In this document: one piece after another, positions 33,650-41,862 of the stretch
How positions within the stretch are numbered: the first letter of the stretch is position 1
Layout of the letters: each line of letters opens with the position of its first letter
Translations under genes and position numbers: made by a program
The notes under the pieces: model-generated
Databases searched by the model: none
What the model was told of the DNA's origin: nothing
What the model saw: the letters and a program-made list of their open reading frames with translations, nothing else
DNA from: an uncultured Planctomycetia bacterium
GTDB lineage: Bacteria > Omnitrophota > Gorgyraeia > Duberdicusellales > Duberdicusellaceae
Direction of reading: 5' to 3'
Assembly: GCA_964634935.1 (NCBI GenBank)
Contig: CAZWJT010000008.1
Span: 26,063 to 90,062, forward strand
DNA: 64,000 bases

Positions 33650-33880
33650 CTATATTTTCCCGGAAACAACAAACGCAAAAACAAGCGCGTAAATGGTCAG
33701 TGCTTCGATAAAAGCGCACCCCGTTGCCATGGCAATGAGAATCTTCGTCGAAGCTTCGGGTTGGCGGCCAATCGCATCCATCGCCGAAGAAACGGATTTT
33801 CCAAGGCCCATCGCCGAACCAAACGCAGCAATTCCCACCGAGAGCGGAAGGGCAATCGCCAGAAAAATTTTGTAATCCAT
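33650..33880 (-). CDS. atpE: Fo ATP synthase subunit c
   Basis: 76 aa helical hairpin with GxGxGxG-like region (AAFGSAMGLGKS) and conserved carboxylate (AFIEALTIYALVFAFVV). Confidence 0.9.
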   Translation of the reverse strand: MDYKIFLAIALPLSVGIAAFGSAMGLGKSVSSAMDAIGRQPEASTKILIAMATGCAFIEALTIYALVFAFVVSGKI

Positions 33881-34648
33881 CTAAGCCTCCTTTGGTTGAT
33901 TATGCGAACTTTGGTTTATAATAAGCGCAAAATAGATAGTCGTAAGCAACGAGAAAACAACCGCTTGGACAATCGCCGAAATAATCGTAAGGATTCCGCT
34001 GAATAAAAAAAGTGGGACGCCTTTTAAGCCAAAACTGGCAAGCACCGCAAGCAGTAAGTCATCCCCCCACATATTACTCCGCAAGCGCAACGATAGCGTG
34101 ACTGGCCGGATAAGCTCCGAAACAACGTGAAGAAAAAACATGAGTAAGGGAAAAACGATGGTCAACCCCAACCATCCCCGCGGATTACCCATCAAATGGT
34201 CGAAGTAACCCAAAAAACCGAATTCCCGGAATGCGGTATATTGCACATAGAAGAAAACGCAGAGCGCTAAACCAAGGGTGATCGACCAGTTCGCAGTCGC
34301 TGATTTCATGAACGGCACTATACTCAGCAAATTCATTGCCACAATATACAGAAACATCGTTCCGATAAAAGGGGTGTACTTTCTTCCGCGTGGCCCGAGA
34401 ATACCACAAACGAATGAATCAATGGCCAAAACGAAAACTTCCGCGATACTTTGATTCCGTGTGGGCAATGTCAATATCTTCCTTCCTGCAAGCCAAGCAA
34501 AAATAATAAGAAAAGTAACAAGCATCAATGAAAAAACTACATCTTCCCAGCGCCCGAGAAAATTGGCCCACGGAGCTCCCTTGTAGTGCTCATGCAGCAG
34601 CGTGACAAAATTGGGAAGCTCCAACGCCGGGGTATTTATTTGATTCAT
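33881..34648 (-). CDS. atpB: Fo ATP synthase subunit a
   Basis: 255 aa polytopic protein; the conserved Arg-containing helix is in ...SLRLRSNMWGDDLLL. Confidence 0.85.
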   Translation of the reverse strand: MNQINTPALELPNFVTLLHEHYKGAPWANFLGRWEDVVFSLMLVTFLIIFAWLAGRKILTLPTRNQSIAEVFVLAIDSFVCGILGPRGRKYTPFIGTMFLYIVAMNLLSIVPFMKSATANWSITLGLALCVFFYVQYTAFREFGFLGYFDHLMGNPRGWLGLTIVFPLLMFFLHVVSELIRPVTLSLRLRSNMWGDDLLLAVLASFGLKGVPLFLFSGILTIISAIVQAVVFSLLTTIYFALIINQSSHNQPKEA

Positions 34649-34655
34649 CCGTTTT

Positions 34656-34955
34656 TTATTTTCTTTTTTCTTGCTGCAGCGCAGCCCTGATTATCCGTAT
34701 ACTTTCAAACACACTTCCCAACAAACCCAAACCAGTGAAAAGAAAGGACGAATAAGCCGGAAATTTCCAATACGCATATAGATAGTTTCCCGCAACGTAC
34801 CCGGTTAAAGGCCCTGCAACAAGTACGAAGGGAATGAGCAGAAGATACCCTGCGATAGTAATAAACTTATAAACCGAATTTTTCTCTCCTGCCACACATA
34901 CCTCTGAACGACCGATTAAAAAAAATGTCTCCTGGCTTACTCGACCAGAAGACAT
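34656..34955 (-). CDS. AtpI/AtpZ-like small membrane protein (first gene of atp operon)
   Basis: 99 aa, two TM helices, directly upstream of atpB. Confidence 0.5.
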   Translation of the reverse strand: MSSGRVSQETFFLIGRSEVCVAGEKNSVYKFITIAGYLLLIPFVLVAGPLTGYVAGNYLYAYWKFPAYSSFLFTGLGLLGSVFESIRIIRAALQQEKRK

Positions 34956-34985
34956 AATGTATGTTTATTGAGCCTGCATAAGGAA

Positions 34986-35013
34986 TATTATCCACAAAAG
35001 AAAGCTTTGTCAA
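34986..35013 (-). promoter_or_regulatory. Candidate sigma70 promoter of the atp operon (minus strand)
   Basis: Minus strand reads TTGACA(35013-35008)-N15-GATAAT(34992-34987), or N16-ATAATA. About 30 nt upstream of the atpI-like ATG. Confidence 0.4.
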
Positions 35014-35038
35014 GGTTTCAAAAAACTTGCAGGGGGGC

Positions 35039-35068
35039 TTGAATTTCTAAAAATCGATGTGCTATACT
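35039..35068 (+). promoter_or_regulatory. Candidate sigma70 promoter driving the riboswitch-like leader (TTGAAT-N18-TATACT)
   Basis: -35 TTGAAT at 35039-35044, 18 nt spacer, -10 TATACT at 35063-35068. Divergent from the atp promoter. Confidence 0.45.
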
Positions 35069-35104
35069 TTGCCTGTACACTGATAATTGACATAAATACA
35101 GACC

Positions 35105-35250
35105 TGAGTGAAAAAAGGCAAATCTCGAGCAATCGAGAGACGCAAAGCGACAGTCCCGGTGTGGGCCTGGTAAGACAGGCCGACCTCCCGGGAGGCTGCG
35201 CTGCCACAGAGGAATAAACCCTAAAGCGTTGCCTTTAGGGTTTTTGCTTT
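35105..35250 (+). promoter_or_regulatory. Candidate c-di-GMP-I (GEMM) riboswitch with intrinsic-terminator expression platform
   Basis: AAAAAAGGCAAAUC, then a GNRA-capped hairpin UCUCGA-GCAA-UCGAGA, then GACGCAAAGC, then a CCCGG...CCGGG helix containing GGUAAG. This matches the GEMM-I core (A-rich run, GCAAAnC, P1b GNRA hairpin, GGACGCAAAGC, GC-rich P2). A terminator hairpin plus U-tract follows immediately before the RBS of the next gene. Confidence 0.5.
35216..35250 (+). terminator. Rho-independent terminator/attenuator hairpin in the 5' leader
   Basis: AAACCCTAAAG-cgttgc-CTTTAGGGTTT, followed by TTGCTTTT. An 11 bp stem with a T-run, about 30 nt upstream of the ATG at 35284. Confidence 0.6.
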
Positions 35251-35283
35251 TAAGGGCCTGGGTGGGTTTGAAGGAGGTACGGC

Positions 35284-35619
35284 ATGGAAGGAAAAACACA
35301 ACGAATTCTCCTGTTCTGGACACTGAGCGGAATTGGATTTCTTTTCTTTTTCGTTGTGTTTTTATCTTTTTCACCGACCGCATCAGCAGAAAATTCTACA
35401 ATTAGAATCGCCTGTATCATCCCTGAAATCCCAGGGAAAAATGTCGCAGTCATTGAAGAACATGCGACACTTCCTCTTCGACAAACAATTGACGAACAAA
35501 AAAAAGAAATAAGCCCAGAAAATAGTTATCCTCTGCTCTTCCAGAAAGAAACCAGAGAAAAAGTGGAAAGGGAAAATACAATCCTCTTGGTCACAACACA
35601 AACCGTCTACAGCCGCTAA
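35284..35619 (+). CDS. Small secreted/membrane-anchored hypothetical protein (111 aa)
   Basis: Strong RBS GAAGGAGGT 6 nt upstream of the ATG. N-terminal hydrophobic signal/anchor ILLFWTLSGIGFLFFFVVFLSFSPTASA, then a roughly 76 aa charged domain. No family recognised. Confidence 0.6.
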   Translation: MEGKTQRILLFWTLSGIGFLFFFVVFLSFSPTASAENSTIRIACIIPEIPGKNVAVIEEHATLPLRQTIDEQKKEISPENSYPLLFQKETREKVERENTILLVTTQTVYSR

Positions 35620-35680
35620 AATTACTCCTTACGAAAAAATATTTTTCCGCGCAGGCCTTGGGAATATTTTCCGAAAACAA

Positions 35681-38600
35681 TTAGCGTTCTGTCTTCTTTA
35701 AAGGAATATTGTGGATGTAGCGGCTCCCTTCAAAAAGGGTGATTTTTTTAATCAGCGGAACCTTGGGAAGATAGTAAACGGGAATTGTGTTTAAATTCAA
35801 AGTGAGCGTATGCTCGCCGGGTTGAACGTTCATAAAAGCATAACTTCCGGAATCATCAGTTATGGATTTCTTGCCGTCTTCAAGGACGAGTACGACCCGG
35901 CGGACGCCCTTATCAACACGGCTATACAACCCATCGTTATCCTTGTCCTCAAAGACAAATCCGGATATTTCTGAACGGGCGGAGATGCCAAAATCAACCC
36001 GTATACACTCATTATGCACGATGGAGACCTTTTGTGTTTGCGGGGTCGTCAGAACAAATCCGTCAGGAATTGTTTTACTATCAAGAGCAACAAGTCCCTT
36101 GTGTTGAGGAACCCGCTCAAATCTATAAAAACCCAGGGAAGAACTCAGGAGCGGATTCTCATGGAACAGAATGATCTTGATTTTTTCTACTCCAGGCTCA
36201 TTGTCCTGGCGTATACCGTCAAAATTAATATCCTGAAATACGTAGCCTTCTATAGACCCGACTGGTTCCCAATGAATTCCCGTATCCCAGAGGGAACGCA
36301 TTCCAAGATTAAAACTCGTTTCGATTCTTTCTTCCACGGCGCGATTCTCAGCCCAGACATTGCGAATCCGCGCCGAACCGAACAATTCCGCGTCGTCATT
36401 CAATCTCCAGGTAAGTGATGAGTAACCTTCGATATAATCTTCTCCGGTAAGAAAACCAAGATTTGATTCGGTGTCTTCCTCATTGCGAAAGAGAAAACGC
36501 ACCGTACTCGAAAGCGGCGTATTCGGAAAAGATCCCGACCAATCAAGACCAGTCTCAAAGGCGGATGGCTTTGAACGTATTCCCGTAAAGCGTTCTTCGA
36601 GCCAGTTGAATTCCCGAGATAGATAGTAAAAAACATTCTTGCCGAGATTAATTCTGGCACTGGCTATGGCGCGTTCATTAAAATAATCGGAACCCGGGGA
36701 AGAGAAATTTTCATTCTCCTGATGGAAAAGATGCAATGAAACTTCCGCGTTATCCGGACGCAAAAGAGAAAATCTTTGTGATATCCCCGCATCAAAATTT
36801 TGATACCGGTATTGAGAAATACGACCAAGTTCATTACGCAGCGTGTAATGAGCCTGCAGAGAAGTATGAGGAGTAAGCCGGTAAAAAGCGCTTAAATCTA
36901 AATCTTGGTTCAGCCGGTGTTCGCTATCCCAAGCAGGATAGATTCTGTCTTGGAACAAATCAAAACTCCCCCGCAGCTCAAGATGCTCGATAGATTGGTT
37001 GTTAAAACTGAAAAGCATCCCAAGTTCTCCTTGGCGCGTAGCACTCCCGGTGCTGGTTGTGTAATCACGGTCGATATTCCTCAATTCAAAATCAAAGCTT
37101 CCCTGCGGTATCGCATGGCGCACCGTAAAAAGATGTGCCGGATCTTCTGGATCAGCCGCAAACTCGTATCCAATACTCCATTGATCAAGTTTCCAGATTC
37201 CACGTAAATCATACCCAACCGGGTTCAACTCAACCTCGCGATCTTTTCCAAAACCATGCACAACAGTCGCACTGTATTCCTGCGTAGCATCCGGAATATA
37301 CTGCACATGGAAACCGTCAATAAACGCGTCCCTCTCACTGGTGAGACTCGGAGAAATAAACCCATATCCTAACGTATGTTCTCTTCCGGCAAAAGCGGTG
37401 TAACGGATCTTTTTATTGAATGCTGCGGCCGAAAGCATACCCCCTCTTAGACTAATACCTGGAAATACCAAATTCGCAAAATCCGGAGGCCGCTCAAAAA
37501 AATCAAATGCGCGCAGACTAAACCCATCAAAGGTGCCGATATGCCCGTCAGTAATCCCCAGCGTAACCGTGTTGAGCTCGAGTTCCTTTTGGAAACGGCT
37601 CACCGAAAGAGAAGCATCTAAATTACCGTAAGGCGTCGGACCATAAAGCCCTATGGTATGGGTATAAAAATAATCCGTTCGGCCAAGATCGTCCAGGCTC
37701 GGCCCACGCTCATAGAGCGACCAATCAGTCGCCGAGCTTACTTTGAAATTATTTCTCCGCGAAAATTCATCAAGTGCCTTCTGTTGTAAATTTTCCCCTG
37801 CCGGCTTTTGCGGTATAGTTAAGAATTGAATTGTGGCTCTTCCCTGGTCGTTCCAGATATGCAAATAGGTATACCCGAGTTCTTTCCCGGTAACAAAAAT
37901 ACGGTCTGTGCCCGTACGCTCAGCGGTAATGATCCCCTCTTGGGTAACGAGAATTCTTCGAACGCCGGAGCTTACAATCAAAATACTTTTCTCCTGCTCT
38001 ATTTGAAATGCTTCGGCTTTTAAGTCGAGAAGCTTTTGAAGAGATATCTCAACCGGCGGCTGACTTTCCGTGGCCTTCGTTGCAACATGCTGCGCAATAC
38101 GTCTTTCTTCTTGCCGCTCTACTGGCACAGGCATTGGCGCCGTTGGCTCTGGTTGTGGCATGTACTTCGGGGCGCTCACCAATGCCCTGGTATCTTGAAG
38201 CACAATCGTTTTTTTTGCATCGGGTTTTCCCCCGACAACTGGCTGAACAGGAATTGATGTCACCGCTGGGCCGGGAAAATCTTCGTAAACAAAATCAACT
38301 TGTATATTACGCAGTTGTGCCGTGTTTTGCATCCCAAGCACAACCCTTGTTTTCTTAGGGTGATCTCGGCCTTGAGCAGAAACAGGAAAAACATCTTCTG
38401 TTTCAAAAATTAAATCTTCTCCAGCCCCATACGCAGTAGTCTGGTATTGATATGAAACCTTAGGTCTTGAGGTTATCTTCTTAGACCAAGTTTTTTCCTG
38501 GATGGGTATGGCACGCTTGAGTATTTCTATTTTCTCGATGTACCCAAGTACTTTTTGGTTCTCTGGATCTAAAACCAGCAATTTCTTAAACTCACTCAGC

Positions 38601-38905
38601 GCTTGATCATATCGTTTTTCTTGATAGAGTTGGGAGGCAGATTCAAAGAGAAAATCAAACGATAAAGGATAGTTTTCAGCGAGCGAAGAAAGGCTTAAAA
38701 GAAACAGAATCAAGAATAATTTTATCGAACGATAAAGCGATGAAGCTAAAAGGGCATTTTTTATCGCAGGAGTTGGAAACGAAAAATTACTGAATTGACC
38801 CAAGACGAAGAATCTCCCCTTGCGACCCAACCTCAACCTCCGCTTCTTTTGTAAGCACAAATTCGGAGCCGGCATTTTCTTCTTCGAGAGATCTTCCAAG
38901 ATCAA
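35681..38905 (-). CDS. Large outer-membrane protein: TPR + CpaC-N-like pilus-formation domain + beta-barrel-like region + C-terminal Cna-B/SdrD-B-like domains
   Basis: TPR-like segment SASQLYQEKRYDQALSEFKKLLVLDPENQKVLGYIEKI. Pilus-N-like segment ILIVSSGVRRILVTQEGIITAERTGTDRIFVTGKELGYTYLHIWNDQGRATIQF. A roughly 450 aa Tyr/Phe-rich amphipathic-strand region. C-terminal repeats VFQDINFDGIRQDNEPGVEKIKIILF and FVFEDKDNDGLYSRVDKGVRRVVLVLEDGKKSITDDSGSYAF. No secretin C-domain motif and no usher plug recognised. The true start is uncertain, probably ATG at 38875 (MPAPNL...), which overlaps the upstream gene. Confidence 0.7.
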   Translation of the reverse strand: MILEDLSKKKMPAPNLCLQKKRRLRLGRKGRFFVLGQFSNFSFPTPAIKNALLASSLYRSIKLFLILFLLSLSSLAENYPLSFDFLFESASQLYQEKRYDQALSEFKKLLVLDPENQKVLGYIEKIEILKRAIPIQEKTWSKKITSRPKVSYQYQTTAYGAGEDLIFETEDVFPVSAQGRDHPKKTRVVLGMQNTAQLRNIQVDFVYEDFPGPAVTSIPVQPVVGGKPDAKKTIVLQDTRALVSAPKYMPQPEPTAPMPVPVERQEERRIAQHVATKATESQPPVEISLQKLLDLKAEAFQIEQEKSILIVSSGVRRILVTQEGIITAERTGTDRIFVTGKELGYTYLHIWNDQGRATIQFLTIPQKPAGENLQQKALDEFSRRNNFKVSSATDWSLYERGPSLDDLGRTDYFYTHTIGLYGPTPYGNLDASLSVSRFQKELELNTVTLGITDGHIGTFDGFSLRAFDFFERPPDFANLVFPGISLRGGMLSAAAFNKKIRYTAFAGREHTLGYGFISPSLTSERDAFIDGFHVQYIPDATQEYSATVVHGFGKDREVELNPVGYDLRGIWKLDQWSIGYEFAADPEDPAHLFTVRHAIPQGSFDFELRNIDRDYTTSTGSATRQGELGMLFSFNNQSIEHLELRGSFDLFQDRIYPAWDSEHRLNQDLDLSAFYRLTPHTSLQAHYTLRNELGRISQYRYQNFDAGISQRFSLLRPDNAEVSLHLFHQENENFSSPGSDYFNERAIASARINLGKNVFYYLSREFNWLEERFTGIRSKPSAFETGLDWSGSFPNTPLSSTVRFLFRNEEDTESNLGFLTGEDYIEGYSSLTWRLNDDAELFGSARIRNVWAENRAVEERIETSFNLGMRSLWDTGIHWEPVGSIEGYVFQDINFDGIRQDNEPGVEKIKIILFHENPLLSSSLGFYRFERVPQHKGLVALDSKTIPDGFVLTTPQTQKVSIVHNECIRVDFGISARSEISGFVFEDKDNDGLYSRVDKGVRRVVLVLEDGKKSITDDSGSYAFMNVQPGEHTLTLNLNTIPVYYLPKVPLIKKITLFEGSRYIHNIPLKKTER

Positions 38906-39653
38906 TCGTCATCACGAGGCTATACGTGCCTGGAAGCACCATCCCCGGAGTAACCGCTTGCAAAGAAGCGCTCCCACCCGGAAACGTGTATACATCCTTA
39001 AATTCACCGCGCAGCTGCACGATACCATCCCGATCTATCAGATGAAAAGTCCCGCCCGCGGTAATATCGACATTCCCTGTATTTTTCAAATCACAGGAAA
39101 GTACGTATTCTTCCTTCACTCTATCGATCTTGAAATTCTCAAGCGCCGCTGTACGGATAATCGTGCTTTCTGGCTCTAGATAAAAGAGGGTCGCGATACG
39201 GATAGCAATATTCATCCCTGCACTTAAAGCTCCCCCGCGCTGCTCAATCTTGCCAAACATGCTCTCAAAAAACAAAGCAGCATAATGACCGCCTTTTGCG
39301 TCAGGCGGCACTTTTACAGAATAGCTGACTTTTTGTTTTGTAAAGGGTTTTAACACAAATTCAGCTGGGGAAAAGGTAATCCAAGAAGCGCATGAGAGCG
39401 GAGTTGTCCCAGCAGGAGAAAATTCCTTGGTGCCATCAGCAGCGGGGAGATACGTCCAATCCCCCAAATATACCCGCATTGCACGTTCTTCAGCGGTGGT
39501 ATTCTCAACCACTATATCTCCATAACCGCTTTGGCCGGGTATGATTGAAATCCGTATCTTAGTTTTATTGATTGAGGGAAGTTCTACGGCAAGACACAGA
39601 GAGGCAGATAGAAAGAAAAAAAGAAAGAAAGTTATGTTCTGAAAACGCTTCAT
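38787..39653 (-). CDS. Secreted two-domain SCPU/Csu-like beta-sandwich protein (fibre subunit or assembly factor)
   Basis: Signal peptide MKRFQNITFFLFFFLSASLCLA from ATG 39653. Two roughly 130-150 aa units, each ending in the G-x-Y-x-x-x-V/I-x-F/Y-x-L motif (GGHYAALFFESMF; GTYSLVMTIDL). The track ORF start at 39692 lies inside the palindrome. Confidence 0.6.
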   Translation of the reverse strand: MKRFQNITFFLFFFLSASLCLAVELPSINKTKIRISIIPGQSGYGDIVVENTTAEERAMRVYLGDWTYLPAADGTKEFSPAGTTPLSCASWITFSPAEFVLKPFTKQKVSYSVKVPPDAKGGHYAALFFESMFGKIEQRGGALSAGMNIAIRIATLFYLEPESTIIRTAALENFKIDRVKEEYVLSCDLKNTGNVDITAGGTFHLIDRDGIVQLRGEFKDVYTFPGGSASLQAVTPGMVLPGTYSLVMTIDLGRSLEEENAGSEFVLTKEAEVEVGSQGEILRLGSIQ

Positions 39654-39666
39654 TTCATTATAGAGT

Positions 39667-39697
39667 AGTGTGTGGTGCATTTGATGCACCACACACT
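39667..39697. repeat. Perfect 14 bp inverted repeat (AGTGTGTGGTGCAT-ttg-ATGCACCACACACT) flanked by 10 bp direct repeats TTTCATTATA
   Basis: Left arm 39667-39680, loop 39681-39683, right arm 39684-39697. Direct repeats TTTCATTATA at 39653-39662 and 39697-39706. Intergenic between the pilin-like gene stop (39712) and the next gene start (39653). Confidence 0.9.
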
Positions 39698-39711
39698 TTC
39701 ATTATACTCGC

Positions 39712-40287
39712 TCAAGGAGAAAGGGTCAATGTTACTGTTCCTGCATAAGAGCCTGTTGGCTTTGAAGTCGTGATAACCGAAACCCCGGTTGCGTCTCCGC
39801 TGCCACTTGCCAGAGCATAATAGATTCTAAGCCGCCCATTCGTCAAATCAGAGGCACTGTACACCTTGTTATTGCTGTTTTCATAGCTTACATAGCCTCC
39901 GGACAATACAGTCTCAGCGTTGTCAGCATTATTTACTTTCACGAATTTCACATTGGTGTGACCATTCAAGTTGTTTGTCGCGTCTTTCTGGAAATTGGTA
40001 CGGGTATGTGTCACAGTCCAGGTTGTCCGATTTGAAGTTACCGGAGCATCAACAACAAAGTATGAATTTGATCGGAACACGTTATCTGTACCCTGAGTAA
40101 GAGAAAGAAAATCCATACCGATTCCAAGCAAATCACTCACAGGGGTCCACGTCGTACCTGTTACCTTGTTCACTGCTACATTCATCTGGTGTGTTTCACC
40201 AATGTTCGCAGCGATACGAATTGTTGTCGCCGCAAAACAGAATGAAGCAATTCCCACGATAGCCACGAGAAAAAGAATCTTTCGCAT
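39712..40287 (-). CDS. Secreted SCPU/Csu-type fimbrial-like subunit (single domain, 191 aa)
   Basis: Signal peptide MRKILFLVAIVGIASFCFA, then ATTIRIAANIGETHQ... C-terminal motif PTGSYAGTVTLTLSP matches the SCPU C-terminal strand G-x-Y-x-D-T-V-T-V-T-V. AAGGAGG RBS upstream. Confidence 0.65.
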   Translation of the reverse strand: MRKILFLVAIVGIASFCFAATTIRIAANIGETHQMNVAVNKVTGTTWTPVSDLLGIGMDFLSLTQGTDNVFRSNSYFVVDAPVTSNRTTWTVTHTRTNFQKDATNNLNGHTNVKFVKVNNADNAETVLSGGYVSYENSNNKVYSASDLTNGRLRIYYALASGSGDATGVSVITTSKPTGSYAGTVTLTLSP

Positions 40288-40374
40288 AAATCCTCCTTAT
40301 TTTCTCCCTATATTACGCACACATCCCTTAGATCAACCATAATTACTCGCTGTTTGAGCACAAACCTCCTTTTT

Positions 40375-41763
40375 TTACAATTCCAATAATGAATAGGTTA
40401 CATTCGCAGTATAATCTCCGGCTGAAACATGTTCGCCTGGAATCAGCTGGTAAATGATCTTGAATCGATCAGGGCTTCCCTCCAGATTTGAAACAAAAAC
40501 AGTTGAACTACCCTGAAGAACTTTCGTTTTACCCGGAAACTTAAGCATCCCTTTTGAGTCCAGGGATTCCATCTGGAACGTGAAATTTTCAGGGGGAATC
40601 GATTTTCCCTCTTTATTAACAAGCAAGGAAGAAACATCCTGTATCACCTGGTATCTGACTTTCCGGTTTGATTTTATTTCTAAAATCACTTCTCTGCGCT
40701 GAGGGGGATCATTCGGCTTTACATCTCGAAACTCCAAAGCGTTTTCTTTTGTTTTCAGTTGTACTTCCAAATCAAAAACCTGAGGTATTTCAATTTCAAT
40801 CTCCGCGTTCCCTATCTTCCGCTCAACGCCCCCTTGACTTAAAAAATACTCGATTGTCGAACGATACAATCCTGCCGGTAAAGAAGCTGTATCCTGCAAA
40901 GAATACCGAACTAAAAAGCTATCCCTATTCCGGGAAGGTGCACTTGTATAAAGAATTTGGGTTTGTGTCCGAAGCGGCGTTAAACCAAGAATGCTTTCTG
41001 ATTTTTCAATCCCCTGAACCATAAATTGCAATGCCCGTTCATCAAGCCTGCTCCCAGAATTTGATTCAAAAGGAACACGTAAGAATTGTTTTACAGAAAA
41101 TAACCCTTGAATGGGATTTATAATTTTGAAAAGGACGTCCGCCGTATTTTTCCCCTGCGTGGGATTGAAGCTAAGCCGCGAAGAAGCCGAGGGAAAACTG
41201 ATTTCCAGGGAATTCCCTTGCGTAGGAAGGTCGCGCGCAAGAACACGAACCTCAACGATCTTGGTTATCGGACTCTGGCCTCCCCCGAGAGGATAGAGGG
41301 TAAAGCTGATCCTTCCTGAATAATCCCCGGGAGAAATACGCAATAAATCTTTCAGCGCATAAACAAGCGTAAAGGTATCAGCATGCCCAACACTGTCTGA
41401 AACATACATAATTTCGTCACTGCGTACAACCGCTTCAGTTTCCGGCGCGCGTAAGTCTCCAAATCGATTCGTTCCGGAAACTCCCCGAAAAAGAAAATGA
41501 TCACTGAGATTAAGCTGCGGGTTGTTCCTCTCCTGAAGTGGGGCAATAATTCTCTGTACAACCTGGTACCGGGTGGAGATATCGGAGTCAATTCGCACAC
41601 GTATTCCCCGGGAAACAAGCGTAGGGGTAAAATCGAGCTGCGCACCACCTTCGGTAAGAGTATACGAGAGGTCAAAAACGGCAAGAGCGATATTAACCTG
41701 GAAAAAACAAATAAATAAAAACAGATATATTCTACCTAGACGAGTTTTGCTTGTCTTTTCCAT
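40375..41763 (-). CDS. Secreted protein with three tandem SCPU-like domains (tip/adhesin-like subunit candidate)
   Basis: Signal peptide MEKTSKTRLGRIYLFLFICFFQVNIALA. Three roughly 150 aa repeats ending GDYSGRISFTLYPL, AGLYRSTIEYFLSQ and GDYTANVTYSLLEL. The track start at 41772 is GTG. Confidence 0.65.
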   Translation of the reverse strand: MEKTSKTRLGRIYLFLFICFFQVNIALAVFDLSYTLTEGGAQLDFTPTLVSRGIRVRIDSDISTRYQVVQRIIAPLQERNNPQLNLSDHFLFRGVSGTNRFGDLRAPETEAVVRSDEIMYVSDSVGHADTFTLVYALKDLLRISPGDYSGRISFTLYPLGGGQSPITKIVEVRVLARDLPTQGNSLEISFPSASSRLSFNPTQGKNTADVLFKIINPIQGLFSVKQFLRVPFESNSGSRLDERALQFMVQGIEKSESILGLTPLRTQTQILYTSAPSRNRDSFLVRYSLQDTASLPAGLYRSTIEYFLSQGGVERKIGNAEIEIEIPQVFDLEVQLKTKENALEFRDVKPNDPPQRREVILEIKSNRKVRYQVIQDVSSLLVNKEGKSIPPENFTFQMESLDSKGMLKFPGKTKVLQGSSTVFVSNLEGSPDRFKIIYQLIPGEHVSAGDYTANVTYSLLEL

Positions 41764-41862
41764 GGCTTTCACTATCGTAGAGATAGTGCGTATTTTTCGA
41801 GTTTAATAAGACGTCCAGGAATGATACTTAGTACTTTTTAAACATATTAAATAAGTAAATTT

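Noticed and set aside
34990-35250. Whether the intergenic transcript is SRP RNA, 6S RNA, tmRNA or RNase P RNA
   Set aside because: It lacks the SRP domain IV consensus, the tmRNA tag ORF and CCA end, and the RNase P conserved blocks. The GGCAAAnC plus GNRA hairpin plus GACGCAAAGC arrangement followed by a terminator fits a GEMM riboswitch leader far better.
35620-35680. Bidirectional terminator between the convergent small gene and the outer-membrane protein gene
   Set aside because: There are only weak AT-only stems (CGAAAAAA/TTTTTCCG, GGAATATTTTCC). It is plausible but not convincing as an intrinsic terminator.
39654-39692. ORF-track N-terminus MVHQMHHTLLYNE for the 301 aa ORF
   Set aside because: These codons are the 14 bp palindrome being translated. 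The signal peptide begins at the downstream ATG (39653), so I moved the start.
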